IMG/VR virus record: IMGVR_UViG_3300045988_161200
Direction: 5' to 3' (one strand)
Length of the DNA: 64,000 bases
Source: a virus
Part shown: one piece after another, positions 24,860 to 35,109 of the stretch
Layout: each line of letters opens with the position of its first letter
Position numbering within the stretch: the first letter of the stretch is position 1
Made by a program: the position numbers and the translations under genes
Notes under the pieces: model-generated
The model's database searches: none
Told to the model about the DNA's origin: nothing
The model's input: the letters and a program-made list of their open reading frames with translations, nothing else

Positions 24860-25589
24860 TGTTACTCTTTGGTGTGGTGATTGTCTTGAACTTATGAAAG
24901 ATATACCTGATAAAAGCATTGATTGTGTAATTACCGATTTGCCTTATGGTTCTACGTCCTGCTCTTGGGATATTATAATTCCTTTTGATAATATGTGGAA
25001 GCAGCTGAAACGAATAACCAAACCTACAAGCCCAATCATATTATTTGGTCAAGAACCTTTTGCTTCTGAGTTGAGAATGTCTAATCTAAAAGATTATAAA
25101 TATGATATTTATTGGGAAAAGGAAAGATTAACTAATATTCAGCAGGTTAAAAGAAGAATTGGTAAAACGGTAGAAACTATATCTATATTTTATGAAAAAC
25201 AACCTACATATAATCCACAGATGATTAAATATGAGGGTAAGCCACGCTCAAACAAAGTAAAAGATGGTGTTATCGGTAAGTTGTCGGACAATAAAGAACA
25301 TAAGGTTACAGAATACATAGATACTGGGTGGAGATATCCTACTCAAGTGTGGAAGTTTCAGAGAGATTGTTTAAAATCTAATTTTCATCCAACTCAAAAG
25401 CCAGTTGCATTATTGGAAGAGTTAATAAAGACATTTAGCAATAAGAGTGACATTATATTGGATTTTACAATGGGTTCAGGTAGCACAGGTGTAGCTTGTA
25501 AGAACCTTAATCGTAAATTTATTGGTATAGAACTTGATGAAAATTATTTTGAAATTGCCAAAGAAAGAATTAAGAATACAAATGTATGA
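24852..25589 (+). CDS. DNA methyltransferase (beta-class N6A/N4C type)
   Basis: DCVITDLPYGS (motif IV) precedes FTMGSGSTGVACKNLNRKFIGIELD (motif I). Confidence 0.8.
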   Translation: MNDVTLWCGDCLELMKDIPDKSIDCVITDLPYGSTSCSWDIIIPFDNMWKQLKRITKPTSPIILFGQEPFASELRMSNLKDYKYDIYWEKERLTNIQQVKRRIGKTVETISIFYEKQPTYNPQMIKYEGKPRSNKVKDGVIGKLSDNKEHKVTEYIDTGWRYPTQVWKFQRDCLKSNFHPTQKPVALLEELIKTFSNKSDIILDFTMGSGSTGVACKNLNRKFIGIELDENYFEIAKERIKNTNV

Positions 25590-25627
25590 AACAGATTTTA
25601 TTTTATTAAATTTAAGGAGATGATAAG

Positions 25628-26731
25628 ATGATAACAGCAAAAATTGGTAATAATACAATTAATTGTTATGACAGTAAGTATTCTAAGGAAGAATTGAAGA
25701 CTTGGGCAAGTAAAAATATAATCAAATGTCCAGTTTGTGGAAAAGATTATGAATACTGCCATGGTCAAATAAACACGCCGTATTTTAGACACAAGGATAA
25801 ATTTGAATGCGATTATTTATATTCTGAGCCTGAAACAGAAGAACATATTAAAGGTAAAATTGCTTTATATAACTGGATTAAGTCACAAGACGGAGTTAGT
25901 AACGCTGTATTAGAAGCGTGGATTCCTGAAACCAAACAAAGACCTGACGTTATGTTTGAATATGGTGGTCAAAAGTGGGTTATCGAATTTCAATGTAATC
26001 CTATTGCAACAGAACAAATAGAACGTCATAAACTGTATAAAGCCGCAGATATTAAAGATATCTGGATTTGTGGCAAAGAAAAATATGGCACTGGTAGAAA
26101 ACATATGGAAAAAATTATGAATGGTATGTTTGATTATGAAAATAATACTTTTACTGAAATTTATGACCTTTTACAATGCGATCTGCTTCCTTATGGATAT
26201 GTTAAAAATAGTTTTTTTCGTTCTGTAAAGCTTGAAAATATAACATTTAAGAATAGAATTGTATTTACAGATAACGCTATGGTTACATATGTTAGCGAAG
26301 ATATAGAATTACATAAAAAATATGAAGCAAGATTAAAAAGAGAAGAATATATTAACACTATATTTGATATTTGTAATACTATTCCAAAATGGTATAAAAA
26401 AGTACAACATAATTGTGTAATAACAGTAAAACGTGGTAGCTGGGATTCTCCGTATCTTGTAATGATAAATTTTTCAAGCGATATTACACAGCCATTTACT
26501 ATGTTTATCAAAGAAGATACTATTGACATTTGCATAACAGAAAAATATAATCGTAAGGTTAAACGTGAATCATCATATCGTAGGAATAGTTATTATTGGC
26601 AAAAATCTTCAAGGTTTATCAATGTTGATATTCTTAAATATAGTGATAATAATTTAATTTTAACAATAAAAAATTATTTCTCAGGAAAGCTTCATGAAGG
26701 AATAGCGATAAAATACAGTAAAAGGAGATAA
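25628..26731 (+). CDS. CoiA-like nuclease family protein
   Basis: CPVCGKDYEYCHGQINTPYFRHK...RPDVMFEYGGQKWVIEFQ. Confidence 0.65.
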   Translation: MITAKIGNNTINCYDSKYSKEELKTWASKNIIKCPVCGKDYEYCHGQINTPYFRHKDKFECDYLYSEPETEEHIKGKIALYNWIKSQDGVSNAVLEAWIPETKQRPDVMFEYGGQKWVIEFQCNPIATEQIERHKLYKAADIKDIWICGKEKYGTGRKHMEKIMNGMFDYENNTFTEIYDLLQCDLLPYGYVKNSFFRSVKLENITFKNRIVFTDNAMVTYVSEDIELHKKYEARLKREEYINTIFDICNTIPKWYKKVQHNCVITVKRGSWDSPYLVMINFSSDITQPFTMFIKEDTIDICITEKYNRKVKRESSYRRNSYYWQKSSRFINVDILKYSDNNLILTIKNYFSGKLHEGIAIKYSKRR

Positions 26732-26737
26732 TAACAC

Positions 26738-29533
26738 ATGAGACAGATATATACACTGAAATTTAAATCTTCGCTTCTGAAGGAATTTGGGTATAAAATT
26801 AATATGGAATTTGACGAAGCTAAAAAATTAAAATGTGTAATTGCGTTGGCTGATAGTCAGATGCTTCGTACAATAAGAGAAGTCCGTGGACAGATTATTG
26901 ATTTTGATAAGGTTGAAGAATCATATACAGAAAGAGAAATTTATGATAAAAAGCTTTCAAATTCAAAATCTCTTGGAAAAGATGACATTGAAAAGATTGT
27001 TACTAACAGAAACGAAGTGCAATCTGAAATAGACGATATGCTATATGTAAAAGATTATGTAACTATCGTTATGGAAAGCACAAAAGATTATGATTATATT
27101 TGTGAAAATGGCGTTGAAATAAACGGTAAGGTTTATCACAGGTTGAGTTGTTCTGCTGGACAAGCTCGTAAATCAACTATTGTGGTTTGTCCAGATGATA
27201 TTATTGATGAAGTAATTTACAGACTTGATAATGACAGAAATAAGAATATTCCTCTCGCTGCAAGTAAATATAATGCCTATTTTGGACTTAGCAGCTCTGC
27301 GACTCAGGTTGTAAGTGAACCAAAGTTTATTGTAGTTAAAGATTTTGAAAATGCCGATACCTTTGACGTACATTTTGTAACTGAGATAGCAGGAAACACC
27401 GATGATTTAGTAGAAGATAAGACCGTTACACAGACTTTTAACAGAACTGACGGAATGGGACTTATATCTCCAAGACAGGCTAAGAAATGGGCTGATGAGT
27501 TAGGATTAGATTATATACCCTCACAATTTGGATTAAGGCAAAGCTTTATAAAGGGTATGCTTTGTACGTTCCCCATTCACGAATTTTGTGAAGAAATAAA
27601 TGGTGGCAATTACATAGTAGATACGATTTACAAAGATGAAAACGGAAGTTATATAAAAGCTGATCTTCGAGATTACGACATTATTATTTCTGAATCGCAG
27701 TTTAAGCTTTGGAATTGTTATGATGGTGTTGATGATTACCTTGAAAAATGCCACAAAAATGGTTTGAAATGGGGTATTCCTCAGTATGCACCTAAAGAGT
27801 GTAAAAACATTCTAAAGATGAATTACCAGTTCTTACAGACTTTGAACTTGAATGAAACTGACATAAAGGAACTATGCAAGCCTTTTGTTGATTGGATAAC
27901 GGGTGTTTCATATGATAACTTTGAATATATGTTGCTGTTTTTGCTTGGAGTAAATAATACAGAAGAAAGCATAAGCAATTTCTTGAGAAGTAGTGATAAT
28001 TATTGGTTGAAGTCACTTGTGGTAAATCCCGATTTGAAGAATGATAAGTTTATTCGTACAAAAATAAGGGATTTGATAAAGAATAAAATAAAAAAGGGCT
28101 GCATGGGTGATATTTATGTTAAGGGTAATTTTCAGACTTTAGTATCTGACCCATATGCTTATATGCAACACGTTTGTGGCATTGAACCCACTGGATTGCT
28201 TGATAAAGATGAATTTTATTCAAACTATTGGAATGAGCGCAACGTAACACAGGTAGACGGTATGAGGTCTCCCCTCACTTTCAGATCGGAACACGTTGTT
28301 ATGAATTTAAAAAAGAATGTTGAAACCGAGAAATGGTACAGGTATTGTAAAACTGGTATCATAATAAATTGGTTTGGTCATACAGTGCAGAATTTCGGGG
28401 GTGCAGATTTTGACCTTGATATTTTAGCAACAACGTCTGATCCCACAATTATTAAGGGTGTTTACAGAAACGAATTGACAATGACGTATGATGCTCCAAA
28501 ACCTGAAAAGAAAATTTTTACAAAAGAAGATATTCAGAATGCCGACAAGTTTGGTTTTGGTTCAATTATTGGTCAAATAACAAATAAGAGTAGTAATGCT
28601 TACGCTTTACTTAAAGAAATTGAAGATAAATATGGCAAAGATAATGATATGTGGAGAATTACATATTCAAGGTTAATCCAGTGCTGTAAAGCACAAAGTT
28701 GTCAAATCGACAAAACCAAACTGGGGCGAGAAGTTAAGGGTATTCCAAAATTATGGGTTGAATATCGTAAAACTGATGATAAAACGGTTAAAAAGAATAA
28801 CTATACAACAGACGATATAGAAAAGATAAAGTTTTATAACAGTATTCTTCTTGACAAATATCCATATTTCTTTAGATACAGATACCCTGATTGTAAGAAG
28901 AAGTATGATAAATATGTTGATAGCAATGAAACGGCTTGCAAACAGCGTTTTGGCATTTCCTTAAAATCTTTAATTGATTTAAGTCAAAAGACCCCAGAAC
29001 AAATGACTTTCTTAGATAATTATTATAAGTATATGCCTGTTACAATGAGCGATAGTCCAATGAATTTGCTTTGTAAATACATAGAGGGTATTAACTTTGA
29101 AATTTCAAAAAAAATCAAAGAAGAAACATCAAGCGAGGGTCTTCCAACGTTAAAATATGATGTAGAATATAATAACTCTGAATATAATACTATATCAGAT
29201 ATTATAGATGAATGTTTGTTATTGTATAGAGAAGTACAATTTGAAAACGCTGAGAAGGATAAGGATAAACGAGAAATTTTTGATTTTTCAAAATACACCT
29301 CAGAAATCATGCTTGCAATAGGAAATGTTGAGAAAGCTTTAAATTGTGTGATTGACTATTTTTACATCAATAATCCTCAAAAGAGTAAAGATATTATGTG
29401 GGAAATGTTTGGTAGATACATTTACACGAGAATAAAAAAAGATATTTCTACTGTAATGTTTCCGATACCTGATAAAAACGGTGATATTACATATTTAGGT
29501 GAAAATTATTCTGTACAGGAGGTTGACATATGA
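26738..29533 (+). CDS. two-barrel (YonO/cellular RdRP-like) single-subunit RNA polymerase candidate
   Basis: PSQFGLRQSFIKGML, VDGMRSPLTFRSEHVV and GGADFDLD (D-F-D-L-D at 28406-28420) resemble RdRP/beta-prime motifs. Confidence 0.6.
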   Translation: MRQIYTLKFKSSLLKEFGYKINMEFDEAKKLKCVIALADSQMLRTIREVRGQIIDFDKVEESYTEREIYDKKLSNSKSLGKDDIEKIVTNRNEVQSEIDDMLYVKDYVTIVMESTKDYDYICENGVEINGKVYHRLSCSAGQARKSTIVVCPDDIIDEVIYRLDNDRNKNIPLAASKYNAYFGLSSSATQVVSEPKFIVVKDFENADTFDVHFVTEIAGNTDDLVEDKTVTQTFNRTDGMGLISPRQAKKWADELGLDYIPSQFGLRQSFIKGMLCTFPIHEFCEEINGGNYIVDTIYKDENGSYIKADLRDYDIIISESQFKLWNCYDGVDDYLEKCHKNGLKWGIPQYAPKECKNILKMNYQFLQTLNLNETDIKELCKPFVDWITGVSYDNFEYMLLFLLGVNNTEESISNFLRSSDNYWLKSLVVNPDLKNDKFIRTKIRDLIKNKIKKGCMGDIYVKGNFQTLVSDPYAYMQHVCGIEPTGLLDKDEFYSNYWNERNVTQVDGMRSPLTFRSEHVVMNLKKNVETEKWYRYCKTGIIINWFGHTVQNFGGADFDLDILATTSDPTIIKGVYRNELTMTYDAPKPEKKIFTKEDIQNADKFGFGSIIGQITNKSSNAYALLKEIEDKYGKDNDMWRITYSRLIQCCKAQSCQIDKTKLGREVKGIPKLWVEYRKTDDKTVKKNNYTTDDIEKIKFYNSILLDKYPYFFRYRYPDCKKKYDKYVDSNETACKQRFGISLKSLIDLSQKTPEQMTFLDNYYKYMPVTMSDSPMNLLCKYIEGINFEISKKIKEETSSEGLPTLKYDVEYNNSEYNTISDIIDECLLLYREVQFENAEKDKDKREIFDFSKYTSEIMLAIGNVEKALNCVIDYFYINNPQKSKDIMWEMFGRYIYTRIKKDISTVMFPIPDKNGDITYLGENYSVQEVDI

Positions 29534-30441
29534 ACGAGTTTAAATATAAAGATTTAGACTATGCTAAAAACATAATTGAACACGGATTTTCTAAAAAGTA
29601 TTTTAACACAGAAATTAAACTTGTAGCACTCTATCTTCGTGATGTTCTTGATATAGAAAAAAAGGAAGATAGAAAAAATGAGTTACATAATATTTGTGAG
29701 AAATATCTCAAAGATTATCATAGAATGAGATACTACAAGGTGGTTAATAAGGCGATAGATTATTCTACTTGTAAGAAAAATCAATTAATAACAATAGAAA
29801 GTGTTCCTGTTTTAAAGTGTGAGGTTAATTATTTCAATAGTGCAGAACTGACTCTTGATGAGAAGAAACTGTTGTTTACATTGCTTATAGTCTATAAACT
29901 TAATAAAAAATACTTTGAAATCAAGAAACCAGATGAACCTTATAATAACATTTATTTTAAAGGTGGAACATCAAGATATTCTGACCTGAAGAAAGTAAGT
30001 AATATTTCAAATAAGGTAGATATAAATATAGACCTTATTTCAAAACTTGCCAAGAGGGGTTATTTACAGCTTTATAGTCGTGGTTGTATTAGAATGAACT
30101 TTATGGAGCAGATTGATTATAATGGTGGTTCTGGCGAGGTTGCGTTTGAAATAATTAATTATAATAATATTGGATATTGGTTTGAATGGTATAACGGTAA
30201 TAAGAGGGTCGGTAGATGTAGTAAGTGTGGTAATGTGTTTTATAAAAAGGCTAACAACCAAATTTATTGCGATAAGTGTCAAGGATATGAGAAACAGAAT
30301 GTAAAAACCATTGTTTGCTGTGATTGTGGTAGGGAATTTGAAGTAGATGCAAGAATATCAAACAAAAAAAGATGTAGTTGCTGTCAAAAAATATATAGAA
30401 ATAATTATCAAAAAGAGCTTATGACTAAGAAAAGGCAGTAA
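29530..30441 (+). CDS. hypothetical protein with C-terminal multi-CxxC zinc ribbons
   Basis: 303 aa, translationally coupled to the polymerase-like gene. CSKCGN...CDKCQG...CCDCGR...CSCCQK. Confidence 0.65.
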   Translation: MNEFKYKDLDYAKNIIEHGFSKKYFNTEIKLVALYLRDVLDIEKKEDRKNELHNICEKYLKDYHRMRYYKVVNKAIDYSTCKKNQLITIESVPVLKCEVNYFNSAELTLDEKKLLFTLLIVYKLNKKYFEIKKPDEPYNNIYFKGGTSRYSDLKKVSNISNKVDINIDLISKLAKRGYLQLYSRGCIRMNFMEQIDYNGGSGEVAFEIINYNNIGYWFEWYNGNKRVGRCSKCGNVFYKKANNQIYCDKCQGYEKQNVKTIVCCDCGREFEVDARISNKKRCSCCQKIYRNNYQKELMTKKRQ

Positions 30442-30470
30442 TTGTTAGCAAGCGTTTTCAATTCAGAAAT

Positions 30471-30515
30471 CACCCACAAATGACGTATTTATGCGGTTTG
30501 TGGGTGTTTTTGATT
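30471..30515 (+). terminator. intrinsic terminator
   Basis: CACCCACAAA...TTTGTGGGTG followed by TTTTTGATTTT. Confidence 0.75.
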
Positions 30516-30620
30516 TTTATTACTATATGATAAGGTAAAATAGCAATAATAATCTATTTTATACTATATCACACAATAAGTCAAATGTAAATTGACAAAT
30601 TAAACAAAAATTTATTATGA

Positions 30621-30815
30621 ATGGTGGTTAAAAATTTGATCGCAATTTCAAAAGCTGAAGCACAGGAACTCAGAAAAATACTTCCTAATGTAGAAATCCA
30701 CAAGACCCTCAGAACTAAGTCAGGTCGTGGAAAGTATTATCTTGTTGAAGAAAAGAGAAATCTTATTGCTTTGGCGAAGCTCAGAAATACTGATGTAAGG
30801 TCAATTACTGAGTAA
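30621..30815 (+). CDS. hypothetical protein
   Basis: 64-aa ORF with no clear RBS. Confidence 0.4.
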   Translation: MVVKNLIAISKAEAQELRKILPNVEIHKTLRTKSGRGKYYLVEEKRNLIALAKLRNTDVRSITE

Positions 30816-30827
30816 CTAACTATCCCC

Positions 30828-30965
30828 TACTGTCCCAGAACCCTACCTACCATATCCACACGCCACTGTGGTTCATCTCCTTTTACAAACTCTTTTCATA
30901 AATATATACCTCCTAAAATATATTTCTATCTCCTTTTCTATGGTAGGCACGGTTGTGGGACAGTA
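30828..30965 (+). promoter_or_regulatory. long imperfect inverted repeat upstream of the late genes
   Basis: TACTGTCCCAGAACCCTACCTACCAT (30828-30853) pairs 23/26 with ATGGTAGGCACGGTTGTGGGACAGTA (30940-30965). Confidence 0.55.
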
Positions 30966-31040
30966 ACAAAAAATCAAATATCCTATGTAAAACATAGGGC
31001 TGTCGGGTGACAGTAACTTATTTTTAAGGAAAATTTTAAT

Positions 31041-31664
31041 ATGATTGACGTTAAGAAACCTCTGGAAAATGCAAATCTCACTGTAAATTGTGAATATACG
31101 GACTTGTTTGATATGAGTCTACATTCGGAGAGAAAGATTTATCTTAATGATGAAATTGAAGCTATTTCAGCTCACGATGTAATCTATGAAATTTTGAGAT
31201 TCAATGTTGAAGATAAGGATATTGATGTAGCTGACAGAAAGCCTATTTTTCTGTATTGTACATCTGTCGGAGGCTCTGTTATAGATGGGTTTGGAATTAT
31301 AGATGCTATTTCAAACAGTAAAACTCCAGTATATACAATAAATCTTGTATATCAGTACAGTATGGGATTTCTTATTGGTCTTGCAGGACATAAACGTTAT
31401 GCTATGCCAAATGCAACTTTTCTTCTTCACGATGGGCAGAATTTTGTGTGGGATAGCTCTGCAAAGTGTAAAGACCAGCTTAAATTTCAAGAAAAACGTG
31501 AGCAGAGAATTAAGGAATATGTTCTTGAACACAGTAACCTTACTGAAAAGGAATATGACGAAAATTATCGTGTAGAATTTTACACTTATGCTGATGAAGC
31601 AAAGAAATATGGTTTTACTGACTATATTATTGGTGTAGATTGTTCCTTGGACGAGGTGCTTTGA
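31041..31664 (+). CDS. ClpP-family serine protease-like protein
   Basis: CTSVGGSVIDGFGIIDAI...QYSMGFLIGLAG...LLHDG parallels the ClpP SPGG...ASMG...HQP motifs. Confidence 0.7.
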   Translation: MIDVKKPLENANLTVNCEYTDLFDMSLHSERKIYLNDEIEAISAHDVIYEILRFNVEDKDIDVADRKPIFLYCTSVGGSVIDGFGIIDAISNSKTPVYTINLVYQYSMGFLIGLAGHKRYAMPNATFLLHDGQNFVWDSSAKCKDQLKFQEKREQRIKEYVLEHSNLTEKEYDENYRVEFYTYADEAKKYGFTDYIIGVDCSLDEVL

Positions 31665-31665
31665 T

Positions 31666-32874
31666 ATGGGAAGAAGATTTCTTGATACTTGTTCCCTACT
31701 GGAATTAGTTAATTTATCTGATATAAATACAGCTGATATTTGCCTATCGAGTGTTACATTACAGGAGCTTGAAAATATTAAAACTTCCGCAAACAAGGAT
31801 AGTGAAACAAAATATCGGGCGAGAGTTGCTGTCCGAGCGTTAAAGGACAATCCCAATGTTGAGATAATAGTGGTCAATAGAGATGATTATCAATACCTTG
31901 AAGATAAAGAACTTGAAATTACAAATGATAATCTGATTATTGCTTCTGCTTATAGATATTCACAGGAACATAATATTACATTTTATACAGAAGATTTGCT
32001 TTGTGGATTTATTGCCAAGAATTACTTTGGGCTTGAAGTTCAGAGTGTTAAAACTGATGACAAGTCTGATATGTATAAGGGATATAAGGTAATTCACGGC
32101 AATACAGACGTTATTAATAAATATATGGATAACATAAATTTTGATGATTGGTCTGTTAATGAATATCTTATTATAGAAAATACAGATGATGACACATCAA
32201 AGGAAATGAGGTTTGACGGTGAAAAGTTTGTCAATCTCAAACTACCGCCTTCTAAGTTTATTAAAGGTAAAAATTCTTTACAGAGATGTGCTTTAGATAT
32301 TCTTATGAATCCCGAAATTACAGTGGCTGCTGTCTTGGGTGGATATGGAAGTGGCAAGACATTTCTTGCAATGCAGATGGCACTTTACAATGTACAGGAA
32401 AAAGGCAATCAATCCAAGATACTTGGTGTACGTGAAACACTTGGTGAAGGTCAAAGCATTGGTTATCTTCCAGGTACAAAGGATGAGAAGGTCGGTAATT
32501 TCTTCGCCCCGTTAGTACAAAGTCTTAACGGTGGAGAATTTGAACTTGAAAAGCTTAAAATGAGTGGTGTTCTTGAGGTTAATGTGCCTTATTATATGAA
32601 AGGTACTACATATAACAATACGGTTATAATTTGTGATGAAGCCGAGGATTTATCTGAAAGCCAGATTAGACTTATAGGCACAAGGCTTGGTGAAAACAGT
32701 AAAATTTATTTTGCTGGAGATTATAAGCAATCTATTGTGAATAAATCGCAGAACAACCCACTTGTGAAAATGTGTAATGAATTTAAAGGTAAACATAATT
32801 TTGCTTGTATATATCTTGGCGAAGATGTTAGAAGTGAAACAAGTAAGATGTTTGCTGAGTTATTTGAAATATAG
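31666..32874 (+). CDS. phoH: PIN-domain plus PhoH-like ATPase
   Basis: Walker A LGGYGSGKTFLA and Walker B VIICDEAEDL. The N-terminus is PIN-like. Confidence 0.8.
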   Translation: MGRRFLDTCSLLELVNLSDINTADICLSSVTLQELENIKTSANKDSETKYRARVAVRALKDNPNVEIIVVNRDDYQYLEDKELEITNDNLIIASAYRYSQEHNITFYTEDLLCGFIAKNYFGLEVQSVKTDDKSDMYKGYKVIHGNTDVINKYMDNINFDDWSVNEYLIIENTDDDTSKEMRFDGEKFVNLKLPPSKFIKGKNSLQRCALDILMNPEITVAAVLGGYGSGKTFLAMQMALYNVQEKGNQSKILGVRETLGEGQSIGYLPGTKDEKVGNFFAPLVQSLNGGEFELEKLKMSGVLEVNVPYYMKGTTYNNTVIICDEAEDLSESQIRLIGTRLGENSKIYFAGDYKQSIVNKSQNNPLVKMCNEFKGKHNFACIYLGEDVRSETSKMFAELFEI

Positions 32875-32887
32875 GAGATATGGATAA

Positions 32888-33088
32888 ATGGCAAAGATAA
32901 CAAAGAAATATAGTTTTAGTAAGGCTGAAATTTCATACGAAGACGGAAAATATACGATAACGGAAATTGGCAAGGACGATAGTACCGATTACGATTTATC
33001 TTCGGTACTTGACAGTTTTATTGGTCTTTCAGGTGTATCGCTTTCTATTGGAGTAGATGATGAAGTTCCTTCTGTCGAGGAAGCTTGA
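32888..33088 (+). CDS. hypothetical protein
   Basis: 66 aa with an AGGAGA RBS. Confidence 0.55.
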   Translation: MAKITKKYSFSKAEISYEDGKYTITEIGKDDSTDYDLSSVLDSFIGLSGVSLSIGVDDEVPSVEEA

Positions 33089-34266
33089 TTGGAGGACTTA
33101 ATATAAATTTTTCTACATACGAAGAGGAGCTTGAATACCTTGTAGACAAGGTGGATAATCCTCTGAACAATAAAACTTGGGTGGATATGGTTGATGAGTT
33201 AAACACTAATACTCACCCAGATGTACTTAGAAAATCATTTACTGGCGGTCGCTATGGTGGGTATGCTGTATATAAGTATTTCATCAATAAGATTGCCGAG
33301 GGTTGTTCTACTGAAGAACAGGAACGTCTTGAAATTTTAAGAAACGAAGTATATAAAGAACGTTGCAAAAATGCAGACATTCTCAGAGAAAAGAGAAAAA
33401 TTCTGCGTGATGAAGCAAGATTTGAAACACTTACAGACGTTCTCAAAGAAGAAATCAAGAATTTAAGACCTATTAAGTTGAATGATTTTAAGTCAAGCAC
33501 AAAATCAGAAAGAGTTTATGGTATTGCACAGTTTTCAGATTGGCACTATGGTAAGCTAATAGATAATCAGTGGAATTATTATGATTTAGATGTCGCCGTT
33601 GAACGTGCTAATATTATTGCAGATAAGATTATTGCTAAGAGCAAGAAACACGGTGTTACAGACCTCATTGTTGAAATAAACGGTGATATGTTGGACGGTA
33701 TTATAAATATATCGTCAAGAAATGTTGAAGAAGCTGATGTTATTACTCAGTTAGTAGGTATTTCTGAACTTCTTGCACAGGTTATAAGCAAACTTATCCC
33801 ATATTATGAGAATGTTAAGGTTGTCACCACATTAGGAAATCATGGACGGATATGGAGTGACAAGCGCAATTGTGCGACATCTGAAAATTTCGAGATGCTT
33901 ATTCCTGAATTTCTTAGACTTAGACTTGATAAGCGTGTAACTCTCATTACATCTCACGGTCTTGACTTCGCATCTTATGAAATTAATGGAGATCTGATTT
34001 GTGTCGCACACGGTCAGAATGATAAGCTTGCCACTGTAATTTCTGATTTTACAAATGTATATAAGAAACTTCCAAAGGAAATCCACCTTGGACATACACA
34101 TTCTTATAAGGATATAAACGATTGTGATGTGTTTGTTACTGTCAATGGTAATCTTTGTGGAAGTGATGATTACGCCGTTTCATTACGTAAGATAACAAAG
34201 CCAAGTCAGAACTTTATTGTTTATGACGGTTCTGATAGGTGTATTTATAGTCTGATGGCAGACTAA
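33085..34266 (+). CDS. calcineurin-like metallophosphoesterase
   Basis: FSDWHYG, NGDMLDG, LGNHGR and GHTH motifs. The start is ambiguous (TTG at 33085 or ATA at 33103 after GGAGGA). Confidence 0.75.
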   Translation: MIGGLNINFSTYEEELEYLVDKVDNPLNNKTWVDMVDELNTNTHPDVLRKSFTGGRYGGYAVYKYFINKIAEGCSTEEQERLEILRNEVYKERCKNADILREKRKILRDEARFETLTDVLKEEIKNLRPIKLNDFKSSTKSERVYGIAQFSDWHYGKLIDNQWNYYDLDVAVERANIIADKIIAKSKKHGVTDLIVEINGDMLDGIINISSRNVEEADVITQLVGISELLAQVISKLIPYYENVKVVTTLGNHGRIWSDKRNCATSENFEMLIPEFLRLRLDKRVTLITSHGLDFASYEINGDLICVAHGQNDKLATVISDFTNVYKKLPKEIHLGHTHSYKDINDCDVFVTVNGNLCGSDDYAVSLRKITKPSQNFIVYDGSDRCIYSLMAD

Positions 34267-34298
34267 AATTTATTGATATTGAAAGGAAATTAAAATAT

Positions 34299-34580
34299 AT
34301 GACAAAGGCTGAATTTATTACAAAGGTTAGAGAACACTCGGAGCTTTCTAAGGCACAGATTGATGAGGTGCTTACAGCAATTCTTGATACTATTGTTGAT
34401 AGTGTTGCAGCTGGCGAGAAGGTCAATTTCGTTGGCTTTGGTTCTTTTGAAAAGCACAAGAGAGCTGCGAGAACAGGTGTAAATCCCTCTACAGGAAAGC
34501 CTATTGAGATAGCAGAGAAGAATGTGCCTTCATTTAAGGCAGGCAAGATGTTTAAGGATACTGTCGCTGAAAGCAAGTAA
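34299..34580 (+). CDS. hup: HU/IHF-family DNA-binding protein
   Basis: MTKAEFITKV...VNFVGFGSFEKHKRAARTGVNPSTGKPIEI. Confidence 0.9.
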   Translation: MTKAEFITKVREHSELSKAQIDEVLTAILDTIVDSVAAGEKVNFVGFGSFEKHKRAARTGVNPSTGKPIEIAEKNVPSFKAGKMFKDTVAESK

Positions 34581-34595
34581 TTTTGAGGTGGTTTT

Positions 34596-34979
34596 ATGCT
34601 GAAAATAAAGTCTCATAATACATATCCTACAACAGAAATGTTAGTTGGTGATATTCTTAATGATGTCAAATGTAAACTAAACGTGTCTGTAGTAGCACAG
34701 GGAGATATTGTGAAGCCGATTATAAAGGCAATGATGAATATTGACGATATAGATATTCAGCTTCTTGACTATGATTTCTACGACTATGGCGGTGAATATT
34801 ATATTGATATCGTTTGGAATAATAATATTCCTGAACTCTGGGTCGAGAAGGCTTGGGATGATGAAATCAGTAGATATCTTGGTGGTGAAGCTGATTTTTA
34901 CTATGTAGCATCTGATACCAGCACAGATATGTATAAGTATCTTAATGGTCTTGGAACTGTGTTCTCTATTGAAGAATAA
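34596..34979 (+). CDS. hypothetical protein
   Basis: 127 aa with a GAGGTGG RBS. Confidence 0.65.
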   Translation: MLKIKSHNTYPTTEMLVGDILNDVKCKLNVSVVAQGDIVKPIIKAMMNIDDIDIQLLDYDFYDYGGEYYIDIVWNNNIPELWVEKAWDDEISRYLGGEADFYYVASDTSTDMYKYLNGLGTVFSIEE

Positions 34980-34995
34980 TTAAATAATAAATGTT

Positions 34996-35033
34996 AAGAC
35001 GGTGGGTCGCAATAGTGGCTCACTGTCTTTTTA
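34996..35033 (+). terminator. intrinsic terminator
   Basis: AAGACGGTG...CACTGTCTT followed by TTTTAT. Confidence 0.7.
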
Positions 35034-35034
35034 T

Positions 35035-35104
35035 TGCGAGTTGGTCTAATGGTAGGATTAGGGTCTCATAAACCTTAGATTTACGTTCAAGTCGTAAGCT
35101 CGCC
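35035..35104 (+). tRNA. tRNA with CAU anticodon (Met, fMet or Ile2 type)
   Basis: Anticodon arm AGGGT-CTCATAA-ACCTT, T arm TTACG-TTCAAGT-CGTAA, acceptor GCGAGT/GCTCGC, GG in a short D loop. The ends are uncertain by 1 nt. Confidence 0.7.
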
Positions 35105-35109
35105 CCCAA

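Noticed and set aside
30592-30620. TTGACA at 30592 as promoter for a leaderless 30621 ORF
   Set aside because: No acceptable -10 hexamer lies at 16-18 nt (TTATGA, ATTATG or TATGAA). It is left unannotated.
31041-31664. Calling the ClpP-like gene the prohead protease
   Set aside because: It is 11 kb upstream of the portal and capsid genes and is grouped with the PhoH, phosphoesterase and HU genes. The role cannot be assigned from position.
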